This document shows, in pieces, positions 7,908 through 17,350 of a stretch of DNA of 35,901 bases. The position numbers and the translations under genes were made by a program. Location of the stretch: the NCBI GenBank assembly GCA_038850285.1, contig JAWCMA010000002.1, positions 110,548 through 146,448 of the forward strand, read 5' to 3'. The notes beneath the pieces are model-generated. The model saw only the letters and a program-made list of their open reading frames with translations. It was not told the origin of the DNA and did not search any database. Numbering within the stretch: the first letter of the stretch is position 1; each line of letters opens with the position of its first letter. The stretch is from Methanocellales archaeon (GTDB lineage: Archaea > Halobacteriota > JAWCLZ01).

Positions 7908-9341
7908 TCATGAGCTGTATTTAACGAATACTTGAACGCAGTCCCAAGTTATGGAATCAAGCCCTTTTTTCTTCGATACATAGACTCTTATGTTATATGC
8001 TGTGCTATTGCTTGGACTTGCGGTTTCATTGAACCAGTAGGTTTTAGCTCCATTTAGGGTTATAGATTTATCTGAGATCAAACCTAAAACCTCGATGTGC
8101 AGGTTATCTTCATTCCCATTTTTTTCAAAGTGGCTAATGTTTATTGCTATATCAACTTCAATACCGTGAGTGCCGTTGGGAAAGATTGGAGTAAATGAAT
8201 ATATTTTTTCAAGCGCGCTAGGTATTGGCGTATAGCTCGCTGGTTCTAAGTCGCTGCTATTCCAAGTGCCTGTAATCGGTATGGTCACATTCACCACGTT
8301 AGATAGCGATCCCTCAACTCCACTGCTGTTAACTGCGGTTACTGCGTAGTAATATGTCATTCCCTGGGTTTTAGCACTTGAATCTAGATAGCTCGCTGGA
8401 GAGTCAAACCAGGAGTTCGCGAGGAGTGTGGCTGTGCCTAGATTAGAGTCGTTTATGGGCTCGATATTTCGATAGATTTTATAGCTTGCCACTGATCCTA
8501 AAGCGGGCTTTGTCCAGTTCAGAAGTACCTCGGGATATGTTAAAGCCACTGCATTTAAATCGCTAACCACACCAGGCGGGAGTCCAACTACTGTATAGAC
8601 CATTAAATCACTCGCGGTGTTGCCAGTTCGATCGTAAGCTATGGCTTTAACTCTATATTCCCCCGTTGGATATCTCTCGGTATTCCACTCCCATTCATAG
8701 GGATATTCAGCTGTATAAACAAGGGTATCATTTAAGTAGTACTCTACTTTGGCAACTTGCACATTATCCACCGCATCTACCTTTAGCTTCACTGTTTGTG
8801 AAATAGCTGAGCCATTTGCAGGGCTGGGTGCCATGAATGAGATAACTGGAGGTGAGATATCTAGGGGTGCATCGCATGCTTCCCCAAGGGTAATTGTGCC
8901 AGTGGTGCGATTGAATTTCAATATCTTTGCTTTTTCCGCGCTTGATACGCTGCAGTTTGCTACTGCTATTAATGGACTAATTGGTACTTTGACCTCTAGA
9001 TTGCGATTGATCTCAGGGATGAGTTTCACTACTCCTCTTTCTATCGCTATAGTGTAGAAGCTGCCTCCTGCTTTACTGGGAATTTCAACTTGAGAGGTTA
9101 ATTCAGTTATTTCTCCAGCTATGCTCGCGGTATTTATAATTGCATGGAAGTCTTGGATTTTTGAGGCTATATCGCTGCCAATTGTGTTGAGTTCGCGATA
9201 CATAGCGATATCAGAAGTGCTAGTTAAAATGTTTTGAAAGGATAGCGCTATGAGGGAGATTAAAACTGCTGAGATGGAGAAGGTTAATAGCAATTCAACT
9301 GTTACCGTCAATGCATTTTCATCGTTTAAGGTGCTTCTCAT
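7908..9341 (-). CDS. Pilin-like protein with Ig-like and fibronectin type III domains (probable adhesin)
   Basis: NDENA|LTVTVELLL; Ig-like DNVQVAKVEYY..YEWEWNT..GEYRVKAIAYD; FN3 LNWTKP..YKIYR..YYYAVTAVN; many N-X-S/T sequons. Confidence 0.8.
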   Translation of the reverse strand: MRSTLNDENALTVTVELLLTFSISAVLISLIALSFQNILTSTSDIAMYRELNTIGSDIASKIQDFHAIINTASIAGEITELTSQVEIPSKAGGSFYTIAIERGVVKLIPEINRNLEVKVPISPLIAVANCSVSSAEKAKILKFNRTTGTITLGEACDAPLDISPPVISFMAPSPANGSAISQTVKLKVDAVDNVQVAKVEYYLNDTLVYTAEYPYEWEWNTERYPTGEYRVKAIAYDRTGNTASDLMVYTVVGLPPGVVSDLNAVALTYPEVLLNWTKPALGSVASYKIYRNIEPINDSNLGTATLLANSWFDSPASYLDSSAKTQGMTYYYAVTAVNSSGVEGSLSNVVNVTIPITGTWNSSDLEPASYTPIPSALEKIYSFTPIFPNGTHGIEVDIAINISHFEKNGNEDNLHIEVLGLISDKSITLNGAKTYWFNETASPSNSTAYNIRVYVSKKKGLDSITWDCVQVFVKYSS

Positions 9342-9760
9342 ATATTCACCTTAATTTTTTCCTCAAGCTTGAAGATTCCAGCTTGGTATATTAATGTGAG
9401 ATTGAGATAGTCTAGGGTTTGATTGAGGTAATCTAAATGGATTTCAACAGCTTCACCTTTCGCGGCATATAGCGAGGTAGTGGTATTTACATAGGAGTTG
9501 AAGTAGGAGTAGAAGGTAAAATTGAAAAGCTCACTATTAGTTTTATTTGCTTTTAAAACCGCATTTCTTGCCTCGCGAATTGTCATTTCCTGAAGGGATT
9601 TAAAGTGCTGCTTGCTTGGATAGAGTCCTGTTCCTGGGATGTTGCTCATTAGGATTACATCGTTTAGTAGAATTGTTATAAGAAGGAGGCCAAGCAGCAT
9701 GATGAATGCACTTAAGAGAATCATTTGTCCCTCTCCATCTTTTTTGATCTCCGGGGTCAT
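9338..9760 (-). CDS. Pilin-like protein with a class III signal peptide
   Basis: KKDGEG|QMILLSAF followed by a hydrophobic helix. Confidence 0.75.
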   Translation of the reverse strand: MTPEIKKDGEGQMILLSAFIMLLGLLLITILLNDVILMSNIPGTGLYPSKQHFKSLQEMTIREARNAVLKANKTNSELFNFTFYSYFNSYVNTTTSLYAAKGEAVEIHLDYLNQTLDYLNLTLIYQAGIFKLEEKIKVNI

Positions 9761-9762
9761 TG

Positions 9763-10332
9763 CTACATCCTCCAGAGGGTGAGTTTGACTAGTGCAAGGT
9801 TGTAGAAATTTGAAGCGCTATCTATGTCTTTAAGTGGATTGTTTTGATTGATGCTATCGCTATCGTAAATAGCTATAGTTTCATATACTGTAACCGCGTT
9901 ATCAGAGGGTTCTCCATTCCAGATGAGTGCTCCAGTGGCGAGATCGCATTTGGATGTGTTGATATATATTAATTCTAAATCATAGGCTATACCTCGACTT
10001 GAGAGCGCGGCAATGAGGATTTCTTCAAATTCACTGCGATTTGATTTCCCCTGTAGATTGTTCTCTCGAGTTCCATCCCAGTTTAAGATCGCGCTTTTCA
10101 ATGGCGAGGTGATATTCAAGGGATCTGGGGAGTAATTGGCTGTGGTTAATAGATCTTGACCAAGCGTGGCTAGGTAAAACTCAATCTGCTGATTCGAGGC
10201 TGAAGAGGTTAAGGGGGTAAGTGGCGTGGCTTTGGTTATGAATAGCAGTGCGGCTAGGATTAAACAGGCCACTGCCAGTGCTTCAAGAGTATATAGCTGT
10301 CCAGATTCATTTTTTAATATTACCATTACCAT
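9763..10332 (-). CDS. Pilin-like protein with a class III signal peptide
   Basis: KNESG|QLYTLEAL followed by a hydrophobic helix; C-terminal FYNLALVKLTLWRM. Confidence 0.8.
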   Translation of the reverse strand: MVMVILKNESGQLYTLEALAVACLILAALLFITKATPLTPLTSSASNQQIEFYLATLGQDLLTTANYSPDPLNITSPLKSAILNWDGTRENNLQGKSNRSEFEEILIAALSSRGIAYDLELIYINTSKCDLATGALIWNGEPSDNAVTVYETIAIYDSDSINQNNPLKDIDSASNFYNLALVKLTLWRM

Positions 10333-10823
10333 ATCTTCACCGAGAGTATCAATCTTTCTTTCAACTCGCTTACTAGGACTACTCTCTTGGCTTGTGCAAC
10401 AGTGGAGAGATCTAGCGGGACTTTTCCCGCTTGAAGCACTGCTTGCGAGCTTTCTCTATATACGCTATCGTTTAAAAATCGAAGCTCTATGTAAAGATCG
10501 TATTTTCTGGTTGGGGTAACAAGTCCAAGTTCATTTATTTTAGTTTCATAGGAATTGCTTAGCGAGGTGTTCAGCTCTATAGCTTTTTCAAGCGAGATCA
10601 AACCAGGATTTTGGGAATTTAAAGCGAGAGCTCTTGGGTCTTCAACTAAAAAAGCTGCAACTCTATTTGCTAGAAAATGCACATCTTCTGATTCAGTCTG
10701 GAATGGAATGAAAAGTCCAGTTATGCTTTGAAATAGAAATAAAAATGCCAGTGAGAATATTATTATTCCAGTTATGAAGTCCAAGCTGATTTGAGCACAG
10801 CAGTTACATTTTTCTTCAGCCAT
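10326..10823 (-). CDS. Pilin-like protein with a class III signal peptide (first gene of the operon)
   Basis: CCA|QISLDFITGIIIF; C-terminal LSVKIW. Confidence 0.8.
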   Translation of the reverse strand: MAEEKCNCCAQISLDFITGIIIFSLAFLFLFQSITGLFIPFQTESEDVHFLANRVAAFLVEDPRALALNSQNPGLISLEKAIELNTSLSNSYETKINELGLVTPTRKYDLYIELRFLNDSVYRESSQAVLQAGKVPLDLSTVAQAKRVVLVSELKERLILSVKIW

Positions 10824-10971
10824 ATTTTTTTCACTTTGATTAATATTCTAATTTGTCTTACATATATATCAATTATTACCAATATAATTAAAATTTTTCT
10901 CAATAATTTAATCAATAGTAAAAGCAAATGTTTAAGCATTGGCATTTTAATAGGCACATGAGGCGGTATAA

Positions 10972-11709
10972 ATGGAATTGAGATTTGGAGAGAGAACCTA
11001 TAATCCTCAGATTAGAAGATTGAATGACTTGAAAGAGCTAATTTTCGATAAAGAGTGGCTTAAAACTGCGCCCAATTCAGAGCTATATTACATGTATCGC
11101 GATCTCTCACTTAGTAAAAAGGATGAAAACGCAAGCAAGCAATATAGCTTGAGATATGATATAACCATAATTCCTCCCTTCAATCTCGGTAGAGAATATG
11201 TGAAAACCGCTGGCCACTATCATCCCCCTTTAAATTCAAATTTAACCTACCCCGAGCTTTATGAAGTGCTAGAGGGAAAAGCCCATTATTTGCTTCAAAA
11301 ACCAGAGGAATTAGATGCAAGCAGAATCGTGGATGTGGTATTGATCGAGGCTGAAGAAGGAGATAAAGTAGTAATACCTCCGAATTACGGTCATATAACC
11401 ATAAATCCAGCTAGAAAAACCCTGAAAATGGCAAACTGGGTTTCAAGGAATTTCACCTCCATCTATGATCCCTATCGCAGAATGGGAGGGGGAGCATATT
11501 TTGAGCTAATAACTAATGAATTCATTAAAAATAGCAATTATACCCGAGTACCAGAGATTCGATTCCTAAAACCAGCGAATTTCTCTGAATTCGGCTTGCG
11601 AAAAAACAAAGAGATCTATGGATTAATACGCAATCCAGAGAGGCTTGAGTTTTTAAATAAACCAGCTAAGTATAAAGCCCTTTTTGAAAAAGTTTTAAGA
11701 GGAAGCTAG
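10972..11709 (+). CDS. pgi: Cupin-type glucose-6-phosphate isomerase
   Basis: LYYMYR, LRYDITIIPP, KTAGHYH, YPELYEVLEG and PPNYGHITIN motifs. Confidence 0.9.
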   Translation: MELRFGERTYNPQIRRLNDLKELIFDKEWLKTAPNSELYYMYRDLSLSKKDENASKQYSLRYDITIIPPFNLGREYVKTAGHYHPPLNSNLTYPELYEVLEGKAHYLLQKPEELDASRIVDVVLIEAEEGDKVVIPPNYGHITINPARKTLKMANWVSRNFTSIYDPYRRMGGGAYFELITNEFIKNSNYTRVPEIRFLKPANFSEFGLRKNKEIYGLIRNPERLEFLNKPAKYKALFEKVLRGS

Positions 11710-11911
11710 GGGCAAAATATTTGCGAACTAGGTGGAATTGCTATTCTTCATCACAGCAGTGCCATGATAGGTGGAGACTTATAGGGGTTGCGCTTGATTG
11801 GCACTGAGGTGCCCCATTCTATTCACCATTGCCATCTCAGTTCTCGATTGATTAGTTTGAAATGAGGATGCTTCAAAAACCCATATCCCCATTGCAGAAA
11901 CTTTTTGCCCT
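11709..11911 (+). ncRNA. Candidate structured RNA (or MITE-like element), family unknown
   Basis: No credible ORF; nested complementary segments found by eye, with G-U wobbles consistently valid on the + strand (see findings). Confidence 0.4.
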
Positions 11912-11941
11912 ATAACTATGTCAATTATAGAGAGGGAGAGG

Positions 11942-12697
11942 ATGCAAATAGGAATAATCCCAGGCTCTGGGTATGATGAGTTTCTTGATGGCGGGGAAAA
12001 GATTCAGGTGCGCACAAGCTATGGTGAAGTTGAGGTTAGAGAAATGAAGACTGGAAAGGTAAAGACCTTTATTCTCAATAGACACGGTAGAGGCGCAGCA
12101 ATTCCAGCGAATAAGATAAACCATAGAGCTAATATTGCAGCGCTTAGGCAGCTGAAGGTTGATCGAATAATTGCTATATCTGCAGTTGGAAGCCTACAGA
12201 AGTCCATAAGAGTGGGAGACCTTGTACTCCTAGATCAATTTATAGACTTCAGCTCTTGCTCTGTAAGCTTCGAGGATAAATATATCGATGTAAGTGAGCC
12301 CTTTTGCGAGCAATTGAGAAGCATAATATTGAAAACTGCTAAAGCACTTGAACTTGAATTTAAATTTAAACTTAAATTTAAACTGCATCCCCGAGGTACA
12401 TATATCTGTGTGCGCGGTCCCAGATATGAAACGAAGGCGGAGATAAAGGCTTTTCAAAAACTAGGGGGAGATGTTATTGGCATGACCATAGCGCCTGAAT
12501 GTGCACTTGCAAGGGAAATAGGAACATGCTATGCCGCGGTATCTCTAGCTACAAATTTCGCTGCGGGAATAGAAAAAGCAAAGCTGAGCCATCAAAAAGT
12601 TCTTCAAGTTTGCGCTGAGAAGAGGGAAAAATTAGAGGAATTAATCCTGCGAGTCCTTCCCGAGATACCTGCGGATAAAAAATGCAGATGCAGCTAG
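11942..12697 (+). CDS. MTAP-family nucleoside phosphorylase, probably methylthioinosine/6-oxopurine specific
   Basis: GII.GSG, RHG, NHRANI, AVGSL, GPRYETKAE, GMT and TNFAAG motifs. Glu in YET and Asn in TN indicate the 6-oxopurine type rather than FST/TDYD MTAP. Start 11942 or 11918. Confidence 0.85.
   Translation: MQIGIIPGSGYDEFLDGGEKIQVRTSYGEVEVREMKTGKVKTFILNRHGRGAAIPANKINHRANIAALRQLKVDRIIAISAVGSLQKSIRVGDLVLLDQFIDFSSCSVSFEDKYIDVSEPFCEQLRSIILKTAKALELEFKFKLKFKLHPRGTYICVRGPRYETKAEIKAFQKLGGDVIGMTIAPECALAREIGTCYAAVSLATNFAAGIEKAKLSHQKVLQVCAEKREKLEELILRVLPEIPADKKCRCS
12347..12382. repeat. In-frame hexamer array YTTRAA x6 (encodes LELEFKFKLKFK)
   Basis: CTTGAA CTTGAA TTTAAA TTTAAA CTTAAA TTTAAA. 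Confidence 0.85.
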
Positions 12698-13692
12698 CAG
12701 CTTTTTTTCAAAACCCAGATATACCTCGTGAGGCTCTTATGCACGCGCTGCTGTATAACTTCAAGCACTTGAAATTTAGCATTCTCAGCAAGGGATTTAA
12801 TTGAGCGATCTGAGACCACAACCGCGATTTTATTCTCCTTCAATACACGATGCATCTCCAGGAGCGATCTATTATAGAGATCTTCAATATCCCTTGCTTC
12901 AATTCTAGCTGATCTACCATATGGTGGATCTGTAACAATTGCATCTATACATTTGTTCTTCAAAGGCAAATTGCAAGCATCGCTGATTAAAAGATAGTAA
13001 TTTGCTCCATAGAAATCCAAATTTAATTTCGCCCCCCTCGCCATTTTTGATTGAAAATCACTTCCAATTACCCTAGCGCCAGCTAGTCCAGCTTCAACTA
13101 AAATTCCACCTGCACCGCAAAATGGATCAAGCAGTAGCTCGCCGCTTTTTACACCTGAGATATTAACCAACGCGCGTGCAATATGAGGCATAAGCACGCC
13201 TGGATAGAAAAAGGGCTTCAACTTTGGTTTTCGCTTTGCAAATTCCCCTCTTTTCACAGCTGCAAGTACCCGACCAAAAATTGCTAATTCATTTGTTAAA
13301 ATTACTCTAAATATAATTTGAGGATTCTCAAGATCAACGCGATAGCCCCGCTTATGAATTACCTCGCCCAAGAGTTTTTCAAGTTGAATAGCTTGAGATT
13401 TCGCTTTTACTCTGACGCAGAAACTCATTTCATTTAAATTAAGCTTTAATCCATCTACCAAACTAATAATGCTTTGCTCATCTGGCTTGCATATGCCAAG
13501 TACTTCAACTATGCAATGCACCATACCCAGGCGAGATGCAGTCTCCTGCGGATAAAAATCAACCTCTATGATTAATAATTGATCTGAAAAAACTATTTCG
13601 CGATATTTCACGCCAGAGGCAGCTAGAAATCTAAGTACCTCTAGCCTGGAGAGAGTTTTATGTTCTCCTGAGAGTTCGAAGGCTAAGATCAT
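12694..13692 (-). CDS. trm11: tRNA (guanine-10-N2)-dimethyltransferase, Trm11/TrmG10 type (THUMP + MTase)
   Basis: FELSGEH, VDLENP, RKPKLKPFFYPG, LDPFCGAGG, TDPPYGR and RVHKSLTR motifs. Confidence 0.9.
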   Translation of the reverse strand: MILAFELSGEHKTLSRLEVLRFLAASGVKYREIVFSDQLLIIEVDFYPQETASRLGMVHCIVEVLGICKPDEQSIISLVDGLKLNLNEMSFCVRVKAKSQAIQLEKLLGEVIHKRGYRVDLENPQIIFRVILTNELAIFGRVLAAVKRGEFAKRKPKLKPFFYPGVLMPHIARALVNISGVKSGELLLDPFCGAGGILVEAGLAGARVIGSDFQSKMARGAKLNLDFYGANYYLLISDACNLPLKNKCIDAIVTDPPYGRSARIEARDIEDLYNRSLLEMHRVLKENKIAVVVSDRSIKSLAENAKFQVLEVIQQRVHKSLTRYIWVLKKSC

Positions 13693-13750
13693 ACGATTGA
13701 AAATATTGCACCTTAAAATATTAATAATTCAGCGCGATAATCCCTAAAAC

Positions 13751-14089
13751 ATGCATGGACTTCCAAAGGTGGTTAAAGCAATAATGCTTAAGGATGAGCA
13801 GATTTTATTCCACCTGCATCAAACTCGCGCTAAGCATCCATTAACCCCCGATACCATTTATGTTACGAATTTCCGGGTCATAAGATACAGCCCCAAGCTA
13901 CTGGGATTCAAGCACGAAACCGAGGACTATTACTACAAAGATATCGCTAATGTAAAAATTGATAAAGGCCTAATCTATTCCTCGATTCTACTCAAGGTTC
14001 GCTTTCTCTCCCACGATTTAAGATTCGAGGATATCTCAACGAGAGAAGCGGAGGAAATGTGCAGAATAATTGGTGAAATAATCAAGTAG
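13751..14089 (+). CDS. Prokaryotic PH-domain protein
   Basis: IYVTNFRVI..KLLG..YKDIANVKIDKGLI pattern. Confidence 0.7.
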   Translation: MHGLPKVVKAIMLKDEQILFHLHQTRAKHPLTPDTIYVTNFRVIRYSPKLLGFKHETEDYYYKDIANVKIDKGLIYSSILLKVRFLSHDLRFEDISTREAEEMCRIIGEIIK

Positions 14090-14147
14090 TTTTGAAAACA
14101 GTTTTTATATACTTTAAATACTTCTTTAATTGAGTGGAGATGAAAAC

Positions 14148-14714
14148 ATGTCTAAAGCCGAAGAGGCAAAGGCAACCATTAAGATTGAAAATGTCGTAGC
14201 CTCAACGTCGATTGGACGTGAAATTGATTTAAAAGCCATAACCCAAGCACTGGAGGGCGCTGATTACGATCCTGAGCAATTCCCAGGCTTGGTTTATCGC
14301 ACGAAAGACCCTAAGACAGCTGCATTGATTTTTAGATCAGGCAAGATAGTATGCACAGGGGCGAAGAGCATAGAGGATGTTGATAAGGGGCTGAAAAAAG
14401 TTTTCAAGAAAATGGAGACCGTGGGAATACAAGTAACTGGAGCTCCTGAAATCACCGTTCAAAATATAGTAGCTTCGGCAGATCTAGGCTCGGAGCTGAA
14501 TTTAAATGCAATTGCAATAGGACTTGGCCTTGAGAACATAGAATATGAACCTGAGCAATTCCCAGGCTTAGTTTATCGCATAGATGAGCCAAAGGTAGTG
14601 GTGCTGCTTTTCGGCTCAGGAAAGCTAGTGGTAACTGGCGGGAAAAAACCTCAAGATGCAGGAGCAGCGGTTGAGAGAATTGTAAAAGAACTTGAGAGTC
14701 TTGCACTGCTGTAA
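14148..14714 (+). CDS. tbp: TATA-box binding protein
   Basis: Two repeats, [28 protein letters not shown] and [28 protein letters not shown]; ATG 14148 preferred. Confidence 0.98.
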   Translation: MSKAEEAKATIKIENVVASTSIGREIDLKAITQALEGADYDPEQFPGLVYRTKDPKTAALIFRSGKIVCTGAKSIEDVDKGLKKVFKKMETVGIQVTGAPEITVQNIVASADLGSELNLNAIAIGLGLENIEYEPEQFPGLVYRIDEPKVVVLLFGSGKLVVTGGKKPQDAGAAVERIVKELESLALL

Positions 14715-15389
14715 ATGATAATTCCAGAAAGCGAGCGATCCCAAGAGCCCCTAGTGGGCGAGAGAGTGATAACTCATCCTGATATCGTTAGAGCTAATGA
14801 ATGGATTTTAAATATATATAGCCCGCCGAAGAGAGAACTCTGCATCTTCGTGCCCTGCGCTAAGGTAAAGCCTTATCACGCTAGTCCATCTCACAAAACT
14901 TATGATAGAGTGATCTTCAGCTTGCTCCCTAAAGAGAAAGTACATATCGTGGCATTTGGCACCTGTGGGGTGACACCGCGAGAGCTTGATATAGAATATC
15001 CCTTTATGCACTATAGCTTCATGCTCGGCAAGTGCAATGTAGCTGAAGTTAAAAAACAATTTATAGAAATCGAGAGCCATAGACTAAAAAGATATCTGGA
15101 GAAAACCAGGGGTAATTATAAATATAGAATAGCCTACTGCATTGGAGACTTTCGCAAAGCAATGCTCAAAGCTATCGAGCTAAGCGGGATCAATGTTATA
15201 GTGGCACCTAAAGAGGAAACGCTGGAGCGGAATAAACTTGCGAATAAGCCCTTTGTATATGGCAGTTTAAGCCGAAGAGCATATCTCCAAGACCTAGCTG
15301 ATGCCATAACGAATCTATATAGAATGGAAAGGCGGATAGTTGGAATAACTGAAATATCATGCGATAACTACGACTGGTATCTTCTATGA
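14715..15389 (+). CDS. DUF5591-type protein (domain related to archaeosine synthase ArcS)
   Basis: FVPCAKVKPYHASPSH and GVTPRELD..YPF..Y motifs. Confidence 0.7.
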   Translation: MIIPESERSQEPLVGERVITHPDIVRANEWILNIYSPPKRELCIFVPCAKVKPYHASPSHKTYDRVIFSLLPKEKVHIVAFGTCGVTPRELDIEYPFMHYSFMLGKCNVAEVKKQFIEIESHRLKRYLEKTRGNYKYRIAYCIGDFRKAMLKAIELSGINVIVAPKEETLERNKLANKPFVYGSLSRRAYLQDLADAITNLYRMERRIVGITEISCDNYDWYLL

Positions 15390-15832
15390 TGTCCTTCTAC
15401 TCCCCAGAGCTAGAACTATATATTAACATTGAAATGGGAAATGGCACTGTCAAAAGGCTGATATTCAGCAGAGGGCCTCGAGGAAAAGAAGCTAAAGGCA
15501 GGGTTATAGAGGACTTAAAGAGATATTTAAATGGAGAAGCAGTTGATTTTTCCAAGTATTCCATTTCTCTTTCAAATCTCACGAGCTTTGAAAGAGCAGT
15601 GCTGCTTGAAACTAGGAAAATACCATTCGGCGTGGCTATAAGCTACTCCGAACTTGCAAGTCGAATGGGCACGAGTGGGATTAGAGCAGTTGGTAATGCT
15701 CTAGCTAAAAATCCAGTTCCCATAGTGATTCCATGTCATAGAGTGGTGCATAAAAATGGTTCGCTAGGAGGCTATAAAGGTGGGGTTAAGGTGAAGCAAA
15801 AGTTACTGGAGATCGAGGGGGTAAATAAATGA
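15386..15832 (+). CDS. ogt: O6-methylguanine-DNA methyltransferase
   Basis: IPFG..SYSELA, RAVGNAL..NP and PCHRV motifs. Confidence 0.95.
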   Translation: MMSFYSPELELYINIEMGNGTVKRLIFSRGPRGKEAKGRVIEDLKRYLNGEAVDFSKYSISLSNLTSFERAVLLETRKIPFGVAISYSELASRMGTSGIRAVGNALAKNPVPIVIPCHRVVHKNGSLGGYKGGVKVKQKLLEIEGVNK

Positions 15833-16638
15833 ATAGAAAGAGAATAATTCCCTGTTTAGATACCAAGTTGGATGAAACCGGCAGGCCTATGGTGGTAAAG
15901 GGCATTGAATTTGAGCGTTTGCGCTATGCAGGTGAACCAGTGGAGCTTGCAGAGCTATATTCACTTCAAGGCGCAGATGAACTTGTGTTCCTTGATATTA
16001 GTGCTTCTATTGAAAATAGAAATACAATGATCGAAGCCGTGAAGATGGTAGCCAAAGCCGTGAGCATTCCCTTAACTGTTGGTGGAGGGGTTAAAAGCAT
16101 TAGAGATATAGAGGTAATTCTAGCTACTGGCGCGGATAAAGTGAGCATAAATACTGCTGCGGTTAAAAATCCAACTTTAATAAAAGAAGCTGCTCAGAAA
16201 TTTGGGAGCGAGCGAATCGTCTCAGCTATAGATTGCAAGCGCAACTTCAAATTCCAGGCTGGTAGAAATATGCTTGAGCTCGAGGATGGAAGTAAAGCTT
16301 GGTATGAGGTTGTGATCTACAGCGGAAGGCAGCATACTAATATGGATACAGTGGAATGGGCAAAGCAAGTTGAGGAACTAGGCGCGGGGGAAATTTTACT
16401 GACAAGTAAGGATAGAGATGGCACTAAAATTGGCTATGATATTCCAATAACGAGAGCAGTGGCGAAAGCAGTGAAGATACCTGTTATAGCAAGTGGAGGC
16501 GTGGGAAAGCTCGAGCACTTCTATGAAGCTTTTATAAACGGTGCTAGCGCTTGCTTAGCTGCGAGTATATTTCACTATGGAGATTATACCATAAAAGAGG
16601 TCAAGCAGTTTCTCCGCGAGAGGGGATTGGAAATTTAA
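15829..16638 (+). CDS. hisF: Imidazole glycerol phosphate synthase cyclase subunit
   Basis: [37 protein letters not shown] and IASGG motifs. Confidence 0.96.
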   Translation: MNRKRIIPCLDTKLDETGRPMVVKGIEFERLRYAGEPVELAELYSLQGADELVFLDISASIENRNTMIEAVKMVAKAVSIPLTVGGGVKSIRDIEVILATGADKVSINTAAVKNPTLIKEAAQKFGSERIVSAIDCKRNFKFQAGRNMLELEDGSKAWYEVVIYSGRQHTNMDTVEWAKQVEELGAGEILLTSKDRDGTKIGYDIPITRAVAKAVKIPVIASGGVGKLEHFYEAFINGASACLAASIFHYGDYTIKEVKQFLRERGLEI

Positions 16639-16645
16639 AATAAAT

Positions 16646-17230
16646 TCAAGCTCTCGATCTACCCGCGGATTCCCCATATGTTATAGCAGTTGCAATTAAA
16701 TGAGCTACTCGCAGAGGCTCAGGTATTCTACTGTGAGTCGATGCAAGCTTTACAATCTTCTCTGCATCTTTTTGAGCTATGCCAGTGCACTGCATATAAA
16801 CCGGCAGTCCTCTTCGCTGGGTTTTAACCTCGTAGATCTCTCCAGCGCGCTTTATTATCGCTAGTCTCAGCTTGGGCTTGCTTAGATTTTGAAGCGCTGC
16901 TTCAATTGCTTGGAAATCTGGTTTGGAGCGCATCACTGCAATTATTGGAATCTTGATTTCTTTGAAAACCTTTTGGATATCAACCACGTTAAAACCAGCT
17001 AGGGTAACGCCATTCAGCATCAAGATTCTCAACTGATGATAATGCCTTGAGTTTTTAACCATTTCTATAATCTGCCTCGTGGCATCTAAACCATCTCGCT
17101 CGACCTCAGTTTTAAGCACTCCATCTAACCACTTGCCTCCTCTGAAGATGGTTCCAATTAGCAGAATTTTTTTTGAAATAAGTGGAGAATCATCTATGCC
17201 TAAAATGCGTATCTCTGGCTTGATGTGCAT
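16646..17230 (-). CDS. DUF99 (UPF0215) family endonuclease V-like protein
   Basis: RILGIDDSP, DGLDAT, GVTLAGFNVVD and PEPLRVAHLIA motifs. Confidence 0.88.
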   Translation of the reverse strand: MHIKPEIRILGIDDSPLISKKILLIGTIFRGGKWLDGVLKTEVERDGLDATRQIIEMVKNSRHYHQLRILMLNGVTLAGFNVVDIQKVFKEIKIPIIAVMRSKPDFQAIEAALQNLSKPKLRLAIIKRAGEIYEVKTQRRGLPVYMQCTGIAQKDAEKIVKLASTHSRIPEPLRVAHLIATAITYGESAGRSRA

Positions 17231-17268
17231 ACAATGGATAAGATTATGGCTAGATTTAAAAGCATATG

Positions 17269-17282
17269 CCTCGATATCGAGG
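17269..17282. promoter_or_regulatory. Perfect 14-bp palindrome CCTCGATATCGAGG between divergent starts
   Basis: Seen directly; an operator role is inferred. Confidence 0.4.
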
Positions 17283-17350
17283 TAAAAAAATAATACATCG
17301 GTAAAAGATTATAAGCATTGATGCATATTAATAGACCGGAAGGTTTTGAA

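Noticed and set aside
10772-10957. 61-aa ORF upstream of the pilin operon
   Set aside because: Low-complexity Ile/Leu/Lys translation of an AT-rich divergent promoter.
11707-11784. Pyrrolysine read-through of the pgi TAG into the structured region
   Set aside because: PGI is already full length, the extension looks non-protein-like and stops after 24 codons, and no pyl genes are in the window.
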